DNA of 64,000 nucleotides from an uncultured virus (IMG/VR IMGVR_UViG_3300025769_000086) (lineage: Duplodnaviria; Heunggongvirae; Uroviricota; Caudoviricetes): the IMG/VR virus record IMGVR_UViG_3300025769_000086. The stretch is one strand, 5' to 3'. The translations under genes were made by a program, and so were the position numbers. How positions within the stretch are numbered: the first letter of the stretch is position 1; the number at the start of each line of letters is the position of its first letter. Below the pieces are notes generated by a model. The model was not told the DNA's origin. It worked only from the letters and a program-made list of their open reading frames with translations, and searched no databases. This document shows, piece by piece, positions 48,900-58,162 of this stretch.

Positions 48900-51248
48900 T
48901 TACCAATACTCCTTTGGTTTTTTGTCACCACAAGCAAAACCTAAATCCCAATCTAATACTTCGTAAATAGGCTCTAGTTTCTTACGAATAAATTTCTCTA
49001 CCATTAAATCATAATCTAATGAAAAATCTTTGATTTCTTCTGCATCACGGAATGACACTATGTTAGTGGTTGGCATCCCATCAGGAACACCATTCACATA
49101 GACCCATTGACCTGAATCGCCTACCCTAAATGGGTCATTAGTAGCCATGTGTTCATTGTAATACAAAGCACCTTTAGCACCATTCGGTGGTACTCTATCA
49201 TAAGATGCTTTACCTAATCTACCATAGGGTGCTAAATCCTCAATGCTTTTTTCACCTTTCCTTAAGGCTATAGATATCGGTCTAATTTCTTTACTTACAT
49301 CATTTTCTTCTGCACCTTCGCTTATCATTCGGAACATAGTACGTTGAATGTCTCTTGTTAAGGGAGATGAGTTGGCCGCTTTCAGACCATAGCCTGTAAC
49401 TTTCAAATCTCCTCTTTTAGACTCCGGCCAAGTTATGATACCAAAGTTTCTATTCTTGCTATTAGCAGTAGTCCAATAGTCAAAAAATGCTTCAAACTCT
49501 ACGTCCATTAGCGGTAGTTCTAATTCAGTTCTAATCGTTTTATTGAGATGTTCTACCAATGGTGGAACTTCTTCAAATGGTGCTTGTATATAGCATGAAT
49601 CTGTATGACCTGCTAGTACAGTGTAGCCTTGTCTTTCTGCTTCTGTCATTAGTAATGTAATACTCTCTCTACCCATGCTTGTAATAGCCGCCCCAACATC
49701 AGGGTCAGTCCACATACCGCCTATCGCTGCTTGTGAGACATATCCGTAGATTGCATTGGTGGCGACTTTAACCGCTAATTGCATCATATCATTTTTGAAT
49801 TTATCATCTTCATTAGTGGCTTCTTTGGCTAACTTTTTGTATTCTTTACGTAATAACAACATATCCTCTACTATACTGGGTAATATGCCTTTTTCATCTT
49901 GTTCCCATCTACTACCGTCAGGTAACTGTCTGATGTTACCTTCAGTATCAAACTTACTTCTCTTAGTTGTAGGACATAAATTTAGACATACTATCAGTAT
50001 TGGATATAGAGATGCGAAATCAACAAGTGCGACATTCTGATGTCTACCTGCTTTAGTTTCTAATACATGTGCAGCAGTTAAAGAATCTCTTTGTCTATTG
50101 TACATAGATGGTGCTTTCAAATCAGAATACCTACCGAACAATCCTCGAACATAATTAGTAACTCTATGAACAGATTGAAATCTAACTCCACAGAATTGTT
50201 GCATTGCAACTAAGAAAGGTATAGCATTTAGTTTCTCATCACATTGACGTAACAATGTAGTATCTCTCAAACAATAATCTACAAATAAATCAAAGTGAGT
50301 GTACCACCATGTGCGAACATCTAACTTGTTGCCATCCTCATCTTCATCAATCTTTCCACCTAAACCTAATGCTTTGGCTATGGTATCTAATTTTCTACTC
50401 GGCAATTGACCTCTACCTGACTTAATCCATAGAGTTTCAAATCCTGAACCACTCATACCTTTAGCGGCACTGTCAAAGCATAATCTACCTTTGATTGGTT
50501 GTTGTGTCTCCTTGTAGCCATACTTAGCGTGAGGCTTTACAATTTCACCTATTGGTGACAATCTTCGAGGGTCAGGTAGTCTTTCCATTAATTTTGGTAA
50601 ATCTGCCCACATAATTGCATGAGCACATAAAATATCAGGGTCGCATTCTTCTAAGTGGTCTAAGAATGCATTACACATATCAGTTTCATTATCATAAAGA
50701 TATAACATATAACCGCCTTCTCTATCAATCCAATCAACAGTGTGTTCTTGATTCTCTCTCCATGCAAAAACCACAGGGTGTTCAGCATGACTATCATCAA
50801 TTGCCATCACTGTTAGAAAGCCATCATTTACATCCCATTCTAAATCAAAATACCAAATTCGTGGTACGAACTCAGGTATCTTTTCAGGATAAGTCTTCAA
50901 TAAATATTGGTCTTCATATGGCATATCTGCTTCATATGTATCAATCTCTTTCTTGATATCCCAAAAAGCACGTGGGTTAGGTACAATCATTTTCTTCAAT
51001 TGTTTACCATCTAATCCTTCGGCTCTTTGTTCTTCATCTACATATACACCTTGATACCTTGACATCACTCTACCTAGTCTTCTAGGATTGGTGTTAACAG
51101 GAATCCAACAATGTGGTTTCACATACTTCTCATCGTCAGGACTTATCATGCTCACGTACAAGTTACCATTAGCATCCCTTGTACGCTCATACAAGTGAGG
51201 GAATGATATTTCATCAAACCCATTTGGATAGTAGTAGTCTATAATCAA
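48900..51248 (-). CDS. polB: Family B DNA polymerase with proofreading domain
   Basis: FDLE, YCLRD exonuclease motifs; DFASLYP, K..TNAIYG, GHTDS polymerase motifs. Confidence 0.95.
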   Translation of the reverse strand: MIIDYYYPNGFDEISFPHLYERTRDANGNLYVSMISPDDEKYVKPHCWIPVNTNPRRLGRVMSRYQGVYVDEEQRAEGLDGKQLKKMIVPNPRAFWDIKKEIDTYEADMPYEDQYLLKTYPEKIPEFVPRIWYFDLEWDVNDGFLTVMAIDDSHAEHPVVFAWRENQEHTVDWIDREGGYMLYLYDNETDMCNAFLDHLEECDPDILCAHAIMWADLPKLMERLPDPRRLSPIGEIVKPHAKYGYKETQQPIKGRLCFDSAAKGMSGSGFETLWIKSGRGQLPSRKLDTIAKALGLGGKIDEDEDGNKLDVRTWWYTHFDLFVDYCLRDTTLLRQCDEKLNAIPFLVAMQQFCGVRFQSVHRVTNYVRGLFGRYSDLKAPSMYNRQRDSLTAAHVLETKAGRHQNVALVDFASLYPILIVCLNLCPTTKRSKFDTEGNIRQLPDGSRWEQDEKGILPSIVEDMLLLRKEYKKLAKEATNEDDKFKNDMMQLAVKVATNAIYGYVSQAAIGGMWTDPDVGAAITSMGRESITLLMTEAERQGYTVLAGHTDSCYIQAPFEEVPPLVEHLNKTIRTELELPLMDVEFEAFFDYWTTANSKNRNFGIITWPESKRGDLKVTGYGLKAANSSPLTRDIQRTMFRMISEGAEENDVSKEIRPISIALRKGEKSIEDLAPYGRLGKASYDRVPPNGAKGALYYNEHMATNDPFRVGDSGQWVYVNGVPDGMPTTNIVSFRDAEEIKDFSLDYDLMVEKFIRKKLEPIYEVLDWDLGFACGDKKPKEYW

Positions 51249-51256
51249 ACTAACAC

Positions 51257-51991
51257 CTACAATGTGCCATCGTTTAATTCAGGTAGTCCGTAGAAGATAG
51301 GTGCTTTACCCACTTCTGTCACTAGAACAGTTCTCTTTTGTCCTTGTAAACCTGCATCCGTTTTACTCTTTTCAAATGAAGCCGTGAATCTTTGTATCAG
51401 AACATTGCCTTCCTCATCAAGCGTATCTTCTCTTTCCATTCTAATAATTTGGAATAAGAAATTGTTGGTACTCTTTTCCCAAGCGGGCTTCCATGAAGCA
51501 TTACTTTCATTTGCACCATGTGCATAGTTAGTTAGAGACAAATGTGTTTCCATAAACACTTTAGTTCCTCTCTTTACTAATGCTCTACATAGAGATACTA
51601 ACTGTTGGAATCTAGTTTTTCTTATTGCCCAATCCCACTGCGACACCACTCGTTGTCCATCTCCAGCACCACGTACATCTGCTGCACTAATCGCATCGCT
51701 CGCTAAACCTAAATCGTTTATCCTCATGTTGTTTACGCATACTGCATCAAATTGGTCTACACCAGTAATAAGTAAACCCCATATATTATCTGAATTTTTA
51801 ATAGCGAACTGCATTATTTGCATAACTCGATTGTGTGTAGCATCATAGTCAATAGCAGTTCTATTTCCTGTCATATAGACATAAGGCTCGAAAGATTTGA
51901 TACCAGTATTTTCAGGATAGAATGCACTCTTGTTAGCGAATCCACCACCGTCAAAATCTACTATCCATAGTTGTTTAGGTTCTTCATTCAT
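51257..51991 (-). CDS. RecA-fold ATPase (Sak4/RadA-like), C-terminal part lacking Walker A
   Basis: IVDFDGG strand, LLITGVD Walker B-like, VFMETH. Confidence 0.55.
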   Translation of the reverse strand: MNEEPKQLWIVDFDGGGFANKSAFYPENTGIKSFEPYVYMTGNRTAIDYDATHNRVMQIMQFAIKNSDNIWGLLITGVDQFDAVCVNNMRINDLGLASDAISAADVRGAGDGQRVVSQWDWAIRKTRFQQLVSLCRALVKRGTKVFMETHLSLTNYAHGANESNASWKPAWEKSTNNFLFQIIRMEREDTLDEEGNVLIQRFTASFEKSKTDAGLQGQKRTVLVTEVGKAPIFYGLPELNDGTL

Positions 51992-51992
51992 T

Positions 51993-52247
51993 TTATTTCA
52001 TCCCCTTCTTATCATTAAATTCTTCCCAATACTTGTTGTAAGCAGCAGTCACGATAGCAGTTTTACAAGTGTTTTCGTGACCGATTATACCAGCAAAGGT
52101 ATGTGTGTTCAACGTAGGTTGTTCTGCATCTAGTTCAGCCTGTAAAGCAGCAAAAGGGTCTGCTCTTTCATGGGCAGGTAGTTCTGCGTCTGCTAAGGTT
52201 TCTGCTAAGGCTTCTTGTGCCTTCTTAGTCTGTCCAAAGCCAGCCAT
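51993..52247 (-). CDS. RecA-fold ATPase N-terminal part with Walker A variant
   Basis: FAGIIGHENTCKT followed by a helix, then stop. Confidence 0.55.
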   Translation of the reverse strand: MAGFGQTKKAQEALAETLADAELPAHERADPFAALQAELDAEQPTLNTHTFAGIIGHENTCKTAIVTAAYNKYWEEFNDKKGMK

Positions 52248-52468
52248 TACTGTTCACCTTGCTCGGATTCATCAACGGGTGCTTGAACCTCTGCAAAGTC
52301 TGCTCTAAGAGCATTCATGAGTGTGTTTACATCGTTGGCAAATTGCTCTAATCTTCTCATGATTAGAAGTCTATTACCAGCAAGGTTACGCACCCTATCA
52401 AGTTCCGCTTTCAACATTATATTCTCTTGTTCTAAATTTATTTCTTGTTTATCATTATCTTCAGTCAT
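52247..52468 (-). CDS. Small coiled-coil protein
   Basis: GAGGTGA RBS; heptad pattern. Confidence 0.6.
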   Translation of the reverse strand: MTEDNDKQEINLEQENIMLKAELDRVRNLAGNRLLIMRRLEQFANDVNTLMNALRADFAEVQAPVDESEQGEQ

Positions 52469-52478
52469 TCATATCACC

Positions 52479-53807
52479 TCAATCAAATTGTCCTAAGTCT
52501 GTATCTCCACCACTAACTCTAGGTCTAGCCCTTCTTTGGTTGGTGTAAATACCCATAACGGTTAACTTTGGAATTTTACTATTGTCTCTTTGTTGCATAC
52601 CTATTCTACCAAATATTAACACGGTAGATTTCTCAGCATACTCAAATCTTTCACCTTCACTGTCTACAAAGGAGAATGGATGAGTTAAATCGTAACATGC
52701 TGAAGAAACGTTACACAAGACTTCAGCACCATCTCCGCCACCATACGTACTTTGTAGTTCTGATGATGTAAGACTCAAACTGTATGATATACCGGATTCA
52801 TCGTATTCGGTTTCTCTTCCTTCTGTGGAAAGTCTGTTGACTGTTCCTTTTGTAATTACTAGTGGACCAACTTTACCTTGTCCATCTGCTGTTTGGAATG
52901 TTCTTAATCCACTTTCGTAAGCATCACCTAATTCTTCTATTCTAGTAAACATGTCTGTAAAGTCATCAGTAGTCCAAAATTTGAATGGCTCAAGTAAAGG
53001 TCTCATTTCAACTGGAACGAATTCATTCGTGTAATTTATGCTATCAACAAAACCACTGTTTGTTTCCAATACATCTTCAAAACCTGCTCTCGCATTATCA
53101 GAAGGTGGCTTTGCTTTGATAACACATGGTTGTCCTACGTTTAGAGAGCGTTCCATATCATCTCCTGTAATGTCTACTCGCCACATTTTTATGTCGCCAT
53201 TGTCAACAAATTCTTTTTGTTCGTTACCAAGGAAATATGCATACCTGCCCATTTGGATGTGAGGGTATGGATAACCTTTCTTTGATATGAAACAAATGTA
53301 TTGATTATTTCCAGCAGGAATACCCATGCTTGGTGTTTCTGTTATCATTTCAGATGTTTCAATAATTCCACCAGCAGTATTGATGACCCAATGACCATCT
53401 TGTTTTTCATAGACTCCACCTTTTCCATCTGACACAAACGCATTAGGGTCTTCTTTGTATTGTCTGACCATCCAATTAGCCAGCCCCTTTCTACGGTCTC
53501 CTGCTTTATTAGCAACACCTAAGAAATGACCAACGTAAGTTTGTGTTCCAACACCACCGCTTACTGTACTGCTTCTTAACATAGTAGCAAATTGTTCAGC
53601 CCAATCGAGAACTAAATCTTCATCTTCTTCCTGCCAGTTTTCACAACTATAATTAGTCTTGATATAATCAAAAAATCCTTCCTTTACAACAGGTAATGTT
53701 TCCCCTGTTCTTTCGGAGTGTTTCTCCAATCTCTCCATTACCCCTTGAGGCAACTCTTTCGTCATATTTTCTTCTTTCATTTTTTTAAACGGGTTTTCAT
53801 CATTCAT
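52479..53807 (-). CDS. Putative ssDNA-binding protein (RPA-like)
   Basis: Acidic 442 aa with OB-like strands (VITKGTVNRL, VLIFGRI) and acidic-aromatic tail DTDLGQFD; between RFC and ATPase. Confidence 0.45.
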   Translation of the reverse strand: MNDENPFKKMKEENMTKELPQGVMERLEKHSERTGETLPVVKEGFFDYIKTNYSCENWQEEDEDLVLDWAEQFATMLRSSTVSGGVGTQTYVGHFLGVANKAGDRRKGLANWMVRQYKEDPNAFVSDGKGGVYEKQDGHWVINTAGGIIETSEMITETPSMGIPAGNNQYICFISKKGYPYPHIQMGRYAYFLGNEQKEFVDNGDIKMWRVDITGDDMERSLNVGQPCVIKAKPPSDNARAGFEDVLETNSGFVDSINYTNEFVPVEMRPLLEPFKFWTTDDFTDMFTRIEELGDAYESGLRTFQTADGQGKVGPLVITKGTVNRLSTEGRETEYDESGISYSLSLTSSELQSTYGGGDGAEVLCNVSSACYDLTHPFSFVDSEGERFEYAEKSTVLIFGRIGMQQRDNSKIPKLTVMGIYTNQRRARPRVSGGDTDLGQFD

Positions 53808-53937
53808 TTTTTTTCATCTCCTTCAAGATTTTTTTAACAGTATCATGTAAATTCATGATTTCTAATCTATTCTCCATTATTGCACTACGCAATGTTATTC
53901 CTAATTCTTCAATGTCTATTGCTCTTATATTACTCAT
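53800..53937 (-). CDS. Hypothetical microprotein (45 aa)
   Basis: ATGA-coupled to RFC; fills the gap. Confidence 0.5.
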   Translation of the reverse strand: MSNIRAIDIEELGITLRSAIMENRLEIMNLHDTVKKILKEMKKNE

Positions 53938-54860
53938 CTTTTTCCTTCCTTCATTTTTGCTACCAAATAGTCACAGAATGCATAATCTCCAGCCGGCCAT
54001 GCATAGATGTGTAACATCACATCACCATACGCTTTCATTATGTCATATCTGAATTTCTTTCTTATTTGGTTGTAGAGACCTTGTAGCAGGTTTCGTAGGG
54101 GAACTCCGTCATTCAATCCGCTATGAAGGTTACGACGAATTTTATCCCATTCATTGTTCTCTACATATTCCATTATGTTTTCATCTTGTAACTTTTGTAA
54201 TTTTAATAATCTTTTTTCTAATGCATCTGATTTTCGTGGTAGCACTTCTAACAAATTTATACATGCTCTCAAATCACCTTGCATTAATTCTACCAACAAA
54301 GGTAAATCTTTACCCCAAGTAGATATTGTAGATAATTTCATTGATGCTAAAATATCCCATAGCCTTGCAGCACCCTCCTCATTGGATATCGGTTTGAATC
54401 TGTATACAGTACACCTTGATTTTATTGCTGGTGTAATTTTAGATTCATCATTAGCAGTAAAAATAACCAGTGCGTTCTTACTATAAGTTTCTATCAATTG
54501 TCTTGCAGCATTTTGTGCAGCAGTAGTTAGACCATCTGCTTCGTCTACCAGTATTACTTTTCTGTGAGGACCAACAGGTTTAGTTCGGAGAGTATCTTTC
54601 AAATCATTTCGCACAAAATCTATTCCCCTATCGTCACTACCATTAGTTTCGATGTAGTTCATAGAATCATAAAAACTGCCGAGCATACTACGTGCAATGA
54701 TTCTTGAAGCACTCGTCTTCCCTGTACCTGAAGGTCCAACAAAGAGCAGGGCTGTCGGCCACATGTCGTTTTCTATCCAAGTACTTATATCATTAGTCAA
54801 ATCTGTTTGACCTACTAACTCGTTTACAAGTAATGGCCTTGCGGCTTCTACCCAACTCAT
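53934..54860 (-). CDS. rfcS: Replication factor C small subunit (clamp loader)
   Basis: WVE..RP, GPSGTGKT, NGSDDRGID, DEAD, SRC, GDLR. Confidence 0.92.
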   Translation of the reverse strand: MSWVEAARPLLVNELVGQTDLTNDISTWIENDMWPTALLFVGPSGTGKTSASRIIARSMLGSFYDSMNYIETNGSDDRGIDFVRNDLKDTLRTKPVGPHRKVILVDEADGLTTAAQNAARQLIETYSKNALVIFTANDESKITPAIKSRCTVYRFKPISNEEGAARLWDILASMKLSTISTWGKDLPLLVELMQGDLRACINLLEVLPRKSDALEKRLLKLQKLQDENIMEYVENNEWDKIRRNLHSGLNDGVPLRNLLQGLYNQIRKKFRYDIMKAYGDVMLHIYAWPAGDYAFCDYLVAKMKEGKR

Positions 54861-54880
54861 GGTATTATTATAACTAGACA

Positions 54881-54891
54881 TTTATATACTA
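54881..54891 (-). promoter_or_regulatory. TATA-box TAGTATATAAA, probable leaderless promoter of RFC
   Basis: TATATAAA ends 20 nt before ATG 54860; no RBS between them. Confidence 0.5.
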
Positions 54892-54900
54892 ACCTCCTAG

Positions 54901-56250
54901 TTATGATAAAATATCTACAATTTGTACAACATCTTGAATACCTTTGTTGTACTGAACTGTCATGAAATAACCATCTATCATTTGCGGTAAAGTATCTTTA
55001 GTGAAAGTTAGAACTGACACAGTAATAACTATGCAAATTTCATCAGGTATTATACAGTCATCTTGATTTTCAATCACCATTTGTCTTTTGATTGCATCCC
55101 AAATTACAGTTTTGTCTGTAAGTTTATCTGTTTTTATTTCACCAACTGTAAAGAAATCTAATCCATCCAATGCTTCAACTTCTAAAACAATAAACTCATC
55201 ATCTTTTCTTACTCTATTTAATCTGACATCGTAGAGATGGGAACTTTTTACTAAAATTTCTCCACCGTATTCTCTAGGATTATACTTTTTTCTATTTGGT
55301 ATTCTAATTACCCCTTGTTGATGTTCAGGGTCATACTTCAACAAACCTTGAAACTGTTCTTCATCAACCATTTTTCTTAGGTTATTAATTACTAAGTGGT
55401 CTTGTTCCATACTTAATTTGTTTAATCTATCTTCTAAAGTTAAATCAGGATGATTGAAATAAATTACATCCACAATCTTATTTTCACTGTCTAATTCAAC
55501 CCAAATTCTATCTTCGTAACTTAGACATTTCATTTTAGTTATGCCGTTTTTAGGTAATATTTGATAGTATAAAACTTCGTCATTCCAATCATCATAACTT
55601 GTCCATCTTCTGTATGTTCTTCGAGTTAAATCTCTATGTTTTTCATACCATTTTTGTTTTGTATATGTGTAGAAGTTTTTGTCAGTCATTGACATTTTTA
55701 AAATTTTAACATGGGTGACATTATCATTTAGTAAACCATTAAGAATGTTAGATGCTTCTTTGTAATTGTCAAGTTCTAACTGATGTTTTATTACGAAACA
55801 TAGAAATTTATTTTTTGTAATTGGTGGATGACCTAAAAGACAAGGCCACAATAATTCATTTTCTAATTTAGTTAACCCTCTTGCAATACTTACAAAATTT
55901 GGTTTGATACCTTGTTGCTTTCTTTCTCTAATATTATTCCAATTAAATTGATTCCAAGATACTGAATTCAAACCACTTTCAGATACTAACGCTAATGTTA
56001 ATTTTTTCCATAGAGGCGTTTTGCTGTCACCAAATGATTTTAACACGTCTTCAAACACTGGCTCAAAAACATTCAATTCATCTGCTATATCTGAAAGCAT
56101 GTATTGTGCTTTATATGGCATTGCTGGAAATAGTAAATCAAAAATCCATTTAGCATGTGTATAAGTCGTAATAAAAGATGCATCAAAAGTACCTTGATAT
56201 TGTTTCATTCTTGTCGCTAAGTCAAGTAAATTACTTTTCTCATACTCCAT
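54901..56250 (-). CDS. Degenerate ATP-dependent DNA ligase-like protein
   Basis: Helical N-terminus, R..L and KKYNP motifs, OB-like EALDGLDFFTVGEI; no KxDG motif visible. Confidence 0.45.
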   Translation of the reverse strand: MEYEKSNLLDLATRMKQYQGTFDASFITTYTHAKWIFDLLFPAMPYKAQYMLSDIADELNVFEPVFEDVLKSFGDSKTPLWKKLTLALVSESGLNSVSWNQFNWNNIRERKQQGIKPNFVSIARGLTKLENELLWPCLLGHPPITKNKFLCFVIKHQLELDNYKEASNILNGLLNDNVTHVKILKMSMTDKNFYTYTKQKWYEKHRDLTRRTYRRWTSYDDWNDEVLYYQILPKNGITKMKCLSYEDRIWVELDSENKIVDVIYFNHPDLTLEDRLNKLSMEQDHLVINNLRKMVDEEQFQGLLKYDPEHQQGVIRIPNRKKYNPREYGGEILVKSSHLYDVRLNRVRKDDEFIVLEVEALDGLDFFTVGEIKTDKLTDKTVIWDAIKRQMVIENQDDCIIPDEICIVITVSVLTFTKDTLPQMIDGYFMTVQYNKGIQDVVQIVDILS

Positions 56251-56527
56251 ACCTTGTCCTCCACAAGTGAGGCTTAGGTTGTGTAGATTTTCCATATAAT
56301 TCTCTAGTCAAATCAATCATTGAATCTATCGTTATACCCACCTTGTATTTCTTTCCAATAATATAAATACAATCTATCATCAAACTATAATTATTTCTTA
56401 CAGAATTCCAACTGTTGTCTCTTGAAACTTTGTGATATATATCTAACGCCTCATGTATCTGTTTAGGTGTTAAGTCAATCATCATACCTAATTGATATGC
56501 TTTCTTTTCAAATGACATCACTTTCAA
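56240..56527 (-). CDS. TFB/TFIIB cyclin-repeat-like protein
   Basis: L...IDL....IHEALDIY.KV.......RN..SL..DCIY...K.....IT resembles one TFB core repeat. Confidence 0.55.
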   Translation of the reverse strand: MKVMSFEKKAYQLGMMIDLTPKQIHEALDIYHKVSRDNSWNSVRNNYSLMIDCIYIIGKKYKVGITIDSMIDLTRELYGKSTQPKPHLWRTRYGV

Positions 56528-56921
56528 TCACCTGTGGTAAAAAACCATATGTTGCATCTTCCCAAGCACTTAAAGCAACGTTTGGGTCTTTTGTTTTTGC
56601 TTTCTTGATGTCAAATGGATTAGCAAGTACCCTAGTGAATTGAACAAAGTTTTGATAATCTTTCAAACCTTCTTCTAAAATTCTTTTACCTATGTAATTT
56701 TGTAAGTAATAACATATCTTTTTCAAATCTATCTTCTTGTTAAAACTCTTTTTCCATTCTATACCCATGAAGTCTGATTCGTTTAACAAAATTAGTATGT
56801 CTTGTGGTACTGTTATTCTTTGTCTTATTCTGAAACCGAGTTTACTATCAACTCTCTTCTCCATCCAAGTATGAAATCTAACTTCTCTCAGAAACATACC
56901 AATTGCAATTTCTTCATTCAT
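56508..56921 (-). CDS. Hypothetical protein, possibly LAGLIDADG-fold derived
   Basis: GGAGG RBS; IAIGMF..E..F...KLGFRIRQRITV weakly resembles the LAGLIDADG N-terminus. Confidence 0.35.
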   Translation of the reverse strand: MNEEIAIGMFLREVRFHTWMEKRVDSKLGFRIRQRITVPQDILILLNESDFMGIEWKKSFNKKIDLKKICYYLQNYIGKRILEEGLKDYQNFVQFTRVLANPFDIKKAKTKDPNVALSAWEDATYGFLPQVIESDVI

Positions 56922-57016
56922 CGGTTAACCTCCTTACATTTAGGGCATTTACGTGTTCTATCATGACCCCAATGGACATCAGCCTTACACCATCTGCATA
57001 GTAAATTATTCCTCAT
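56918..57016 (-). CDS. Zinc-finger microprotein (32 aa)
   Basis: CRWC...CPKC; ATGA-coupled. Confidence 0.55.
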   Translation of the reverse strand: MRNNLLCRWCKADVHWGHDRTRKCPKCKEVNR

Positions 57017-57161
57017 TCTGTCTCACTTCCTCAATATAATGTGCTTCACACCACTCTTCATCATGTGAATCGTAGTGAGCCTTCGCATCTTCGTAAGTAG
57101 CAAATGGTCCATCAGATTCTCCACTCTTGAAGTGTGTTACCATGTATTCGTATTCTCTCAT
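57006..57161 (-). CDS. Hypothetical microprotein (51 aa)
   Basis: GGAG RBS, ATGA-coupled. Confidence 0.55.
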   Translation of the reverse strand: MREYEYMVTHFKSGESDGPFATYEDAKAHYDSHDEEWCEAHYIEEVRQNEE

Positions 57162-57277
57162 TCAATCAACTCCAGCACAAAATGACCACCTTGATTATCA
57201 AGGAAGTTTTCTATCAAATCATCTAAGTCTTTGAAGGAGCAAATTATCTCCCCATTAGGTTCTACATAATTTATCAT
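57158..57277 (-). CDS. Hypothetical microprotein (39 aa)
   Basis: GGAG RBS, ATGA-coupled at both ends. Confidence 0.5.
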   Translation of the reverse strand: MINYVEPNGEIICSFKDLDDLIENFLDNQGGHFVLELIE

Positions 57278-57441
57278 TTAATCAACTCCAGTCCATAATA
57301 TCCATTACCTCTAATTGGTAAGCCCACATATATAGCATAACATTTTTCAGAACAAAATACTCTTGTTCCTACTGCTAAATTTTCTACTATATATTTTGCT
57401 TTTTTATCACACATCGCACAAGTGTTAAGATTACCAAACAT
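57274..57441 (-). CDS. TRASH-like zinc-finger microprotein (55 aa)
   Basis: CAMC...FCSEKC. Confidence 0.6.
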   Translation of the reverse strand: MFGNLNTCAMCDKKAKYIVENLAVGTRVFCSEKCYAIYVGLPIRGNGYYGLELIK

Positions 57442-57746
57442 TATTCTTCACTCTCCCCATTCCATACGGACTCGATATAACTCATTGTTACCCATCTAGT
57501 TTCATTATAATTCACTAGTACCCATTCACCTGAACCATCATAATCCCATTCGACAGCCTCACCTACGAATATACCATTACCTTCAGGCTCATCGGCAATC
57601 CACGGAATCATTTCACCAATGAAGCGAGATAACTTAGGCACAATTTCCCTCGCTTGCTTGACTTCTGCAAACAAGTCATCAATTTGCTCTTGGTAATCTC
57701 CTGCTGCATCAAGGCTGCTGTTGTAAGGTTCGTCTGTATCATTCAT
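57441..57746 (-). CDS. Hypothetical acidic protein
   Basis: Coupled ORF; N-terminus and LFAEVK resemble the neighbouring gene. Confidence 0.6.
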   Translation of the reverse strand: MNDTDEPYNSSLDAAGDYQEQIDDLFAEVKQAREIVPKLSRFIGEMIPWIADEPEGNGIFVGEAVEWDYDGSGEWVLVNYNETRWVTMSYIESVWNGESEE

Positions 57747-58162
57747 TCCTCTTCACTCTCCAAGTATTGTTGTGCCTTCTCCATCCACTCATCTTTCAAC
57801 TCAAAGAGGCCAAGTGAATGAGGGTGCAAACCCTTCAGGTAATCATCATGCGAGTAGTAATTGCAGTAGCCCAACCAATTGAGTAAGTAGGTAAGGCTTC
57901 TTTTATTATGAGGCATCTCAACAAAGGCTGCAAGCACCCTATCACGGAACTCATACATGCGTTTAAGTTCGGCTAAAAGAAGTGGTGCGTCTGCAATCAG
58001 ATTCGTGGTAGCGTTTGCTCGCTCTATATCTGCATTTAGTTGATTAGAATTAGTATCCCAAAACATATCATAGTCATTGGGAACTGCTTTATCAGTGTTC
58101 CACAATTCAACTGACGACTCATGATAAGTATAGTGTCCTTCGTATTTGTCTGTGTCAATCAT
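57743..58162 (-). CDS. Hypothetical protein with LIADAPLLL motif
   Basis: GAGGTGA RBS; A..LIADAP.LL motif common in small phage proteins. Confidence 0.6.
   Translation of the reverse strand: MIDTDKYEGHYTYHESSVELWNTDKAVPNDYDMFWDTNSNQLNADIERANATTNLIADAPLLLAELKRMYEFRDRVLAAFVEMPHNKRSLTYLLNWLGYCNYYSHDDYLKGLHPHSLGLFELKDEWMEKAQQYLESEEE

Noticed and set aside
42791..51248. Inteins or introns in helicase, primase or PolB
   Set aside because: Proteins are of compact length with contiguous motifs; no intein splice-junction or endonuclease insert seen
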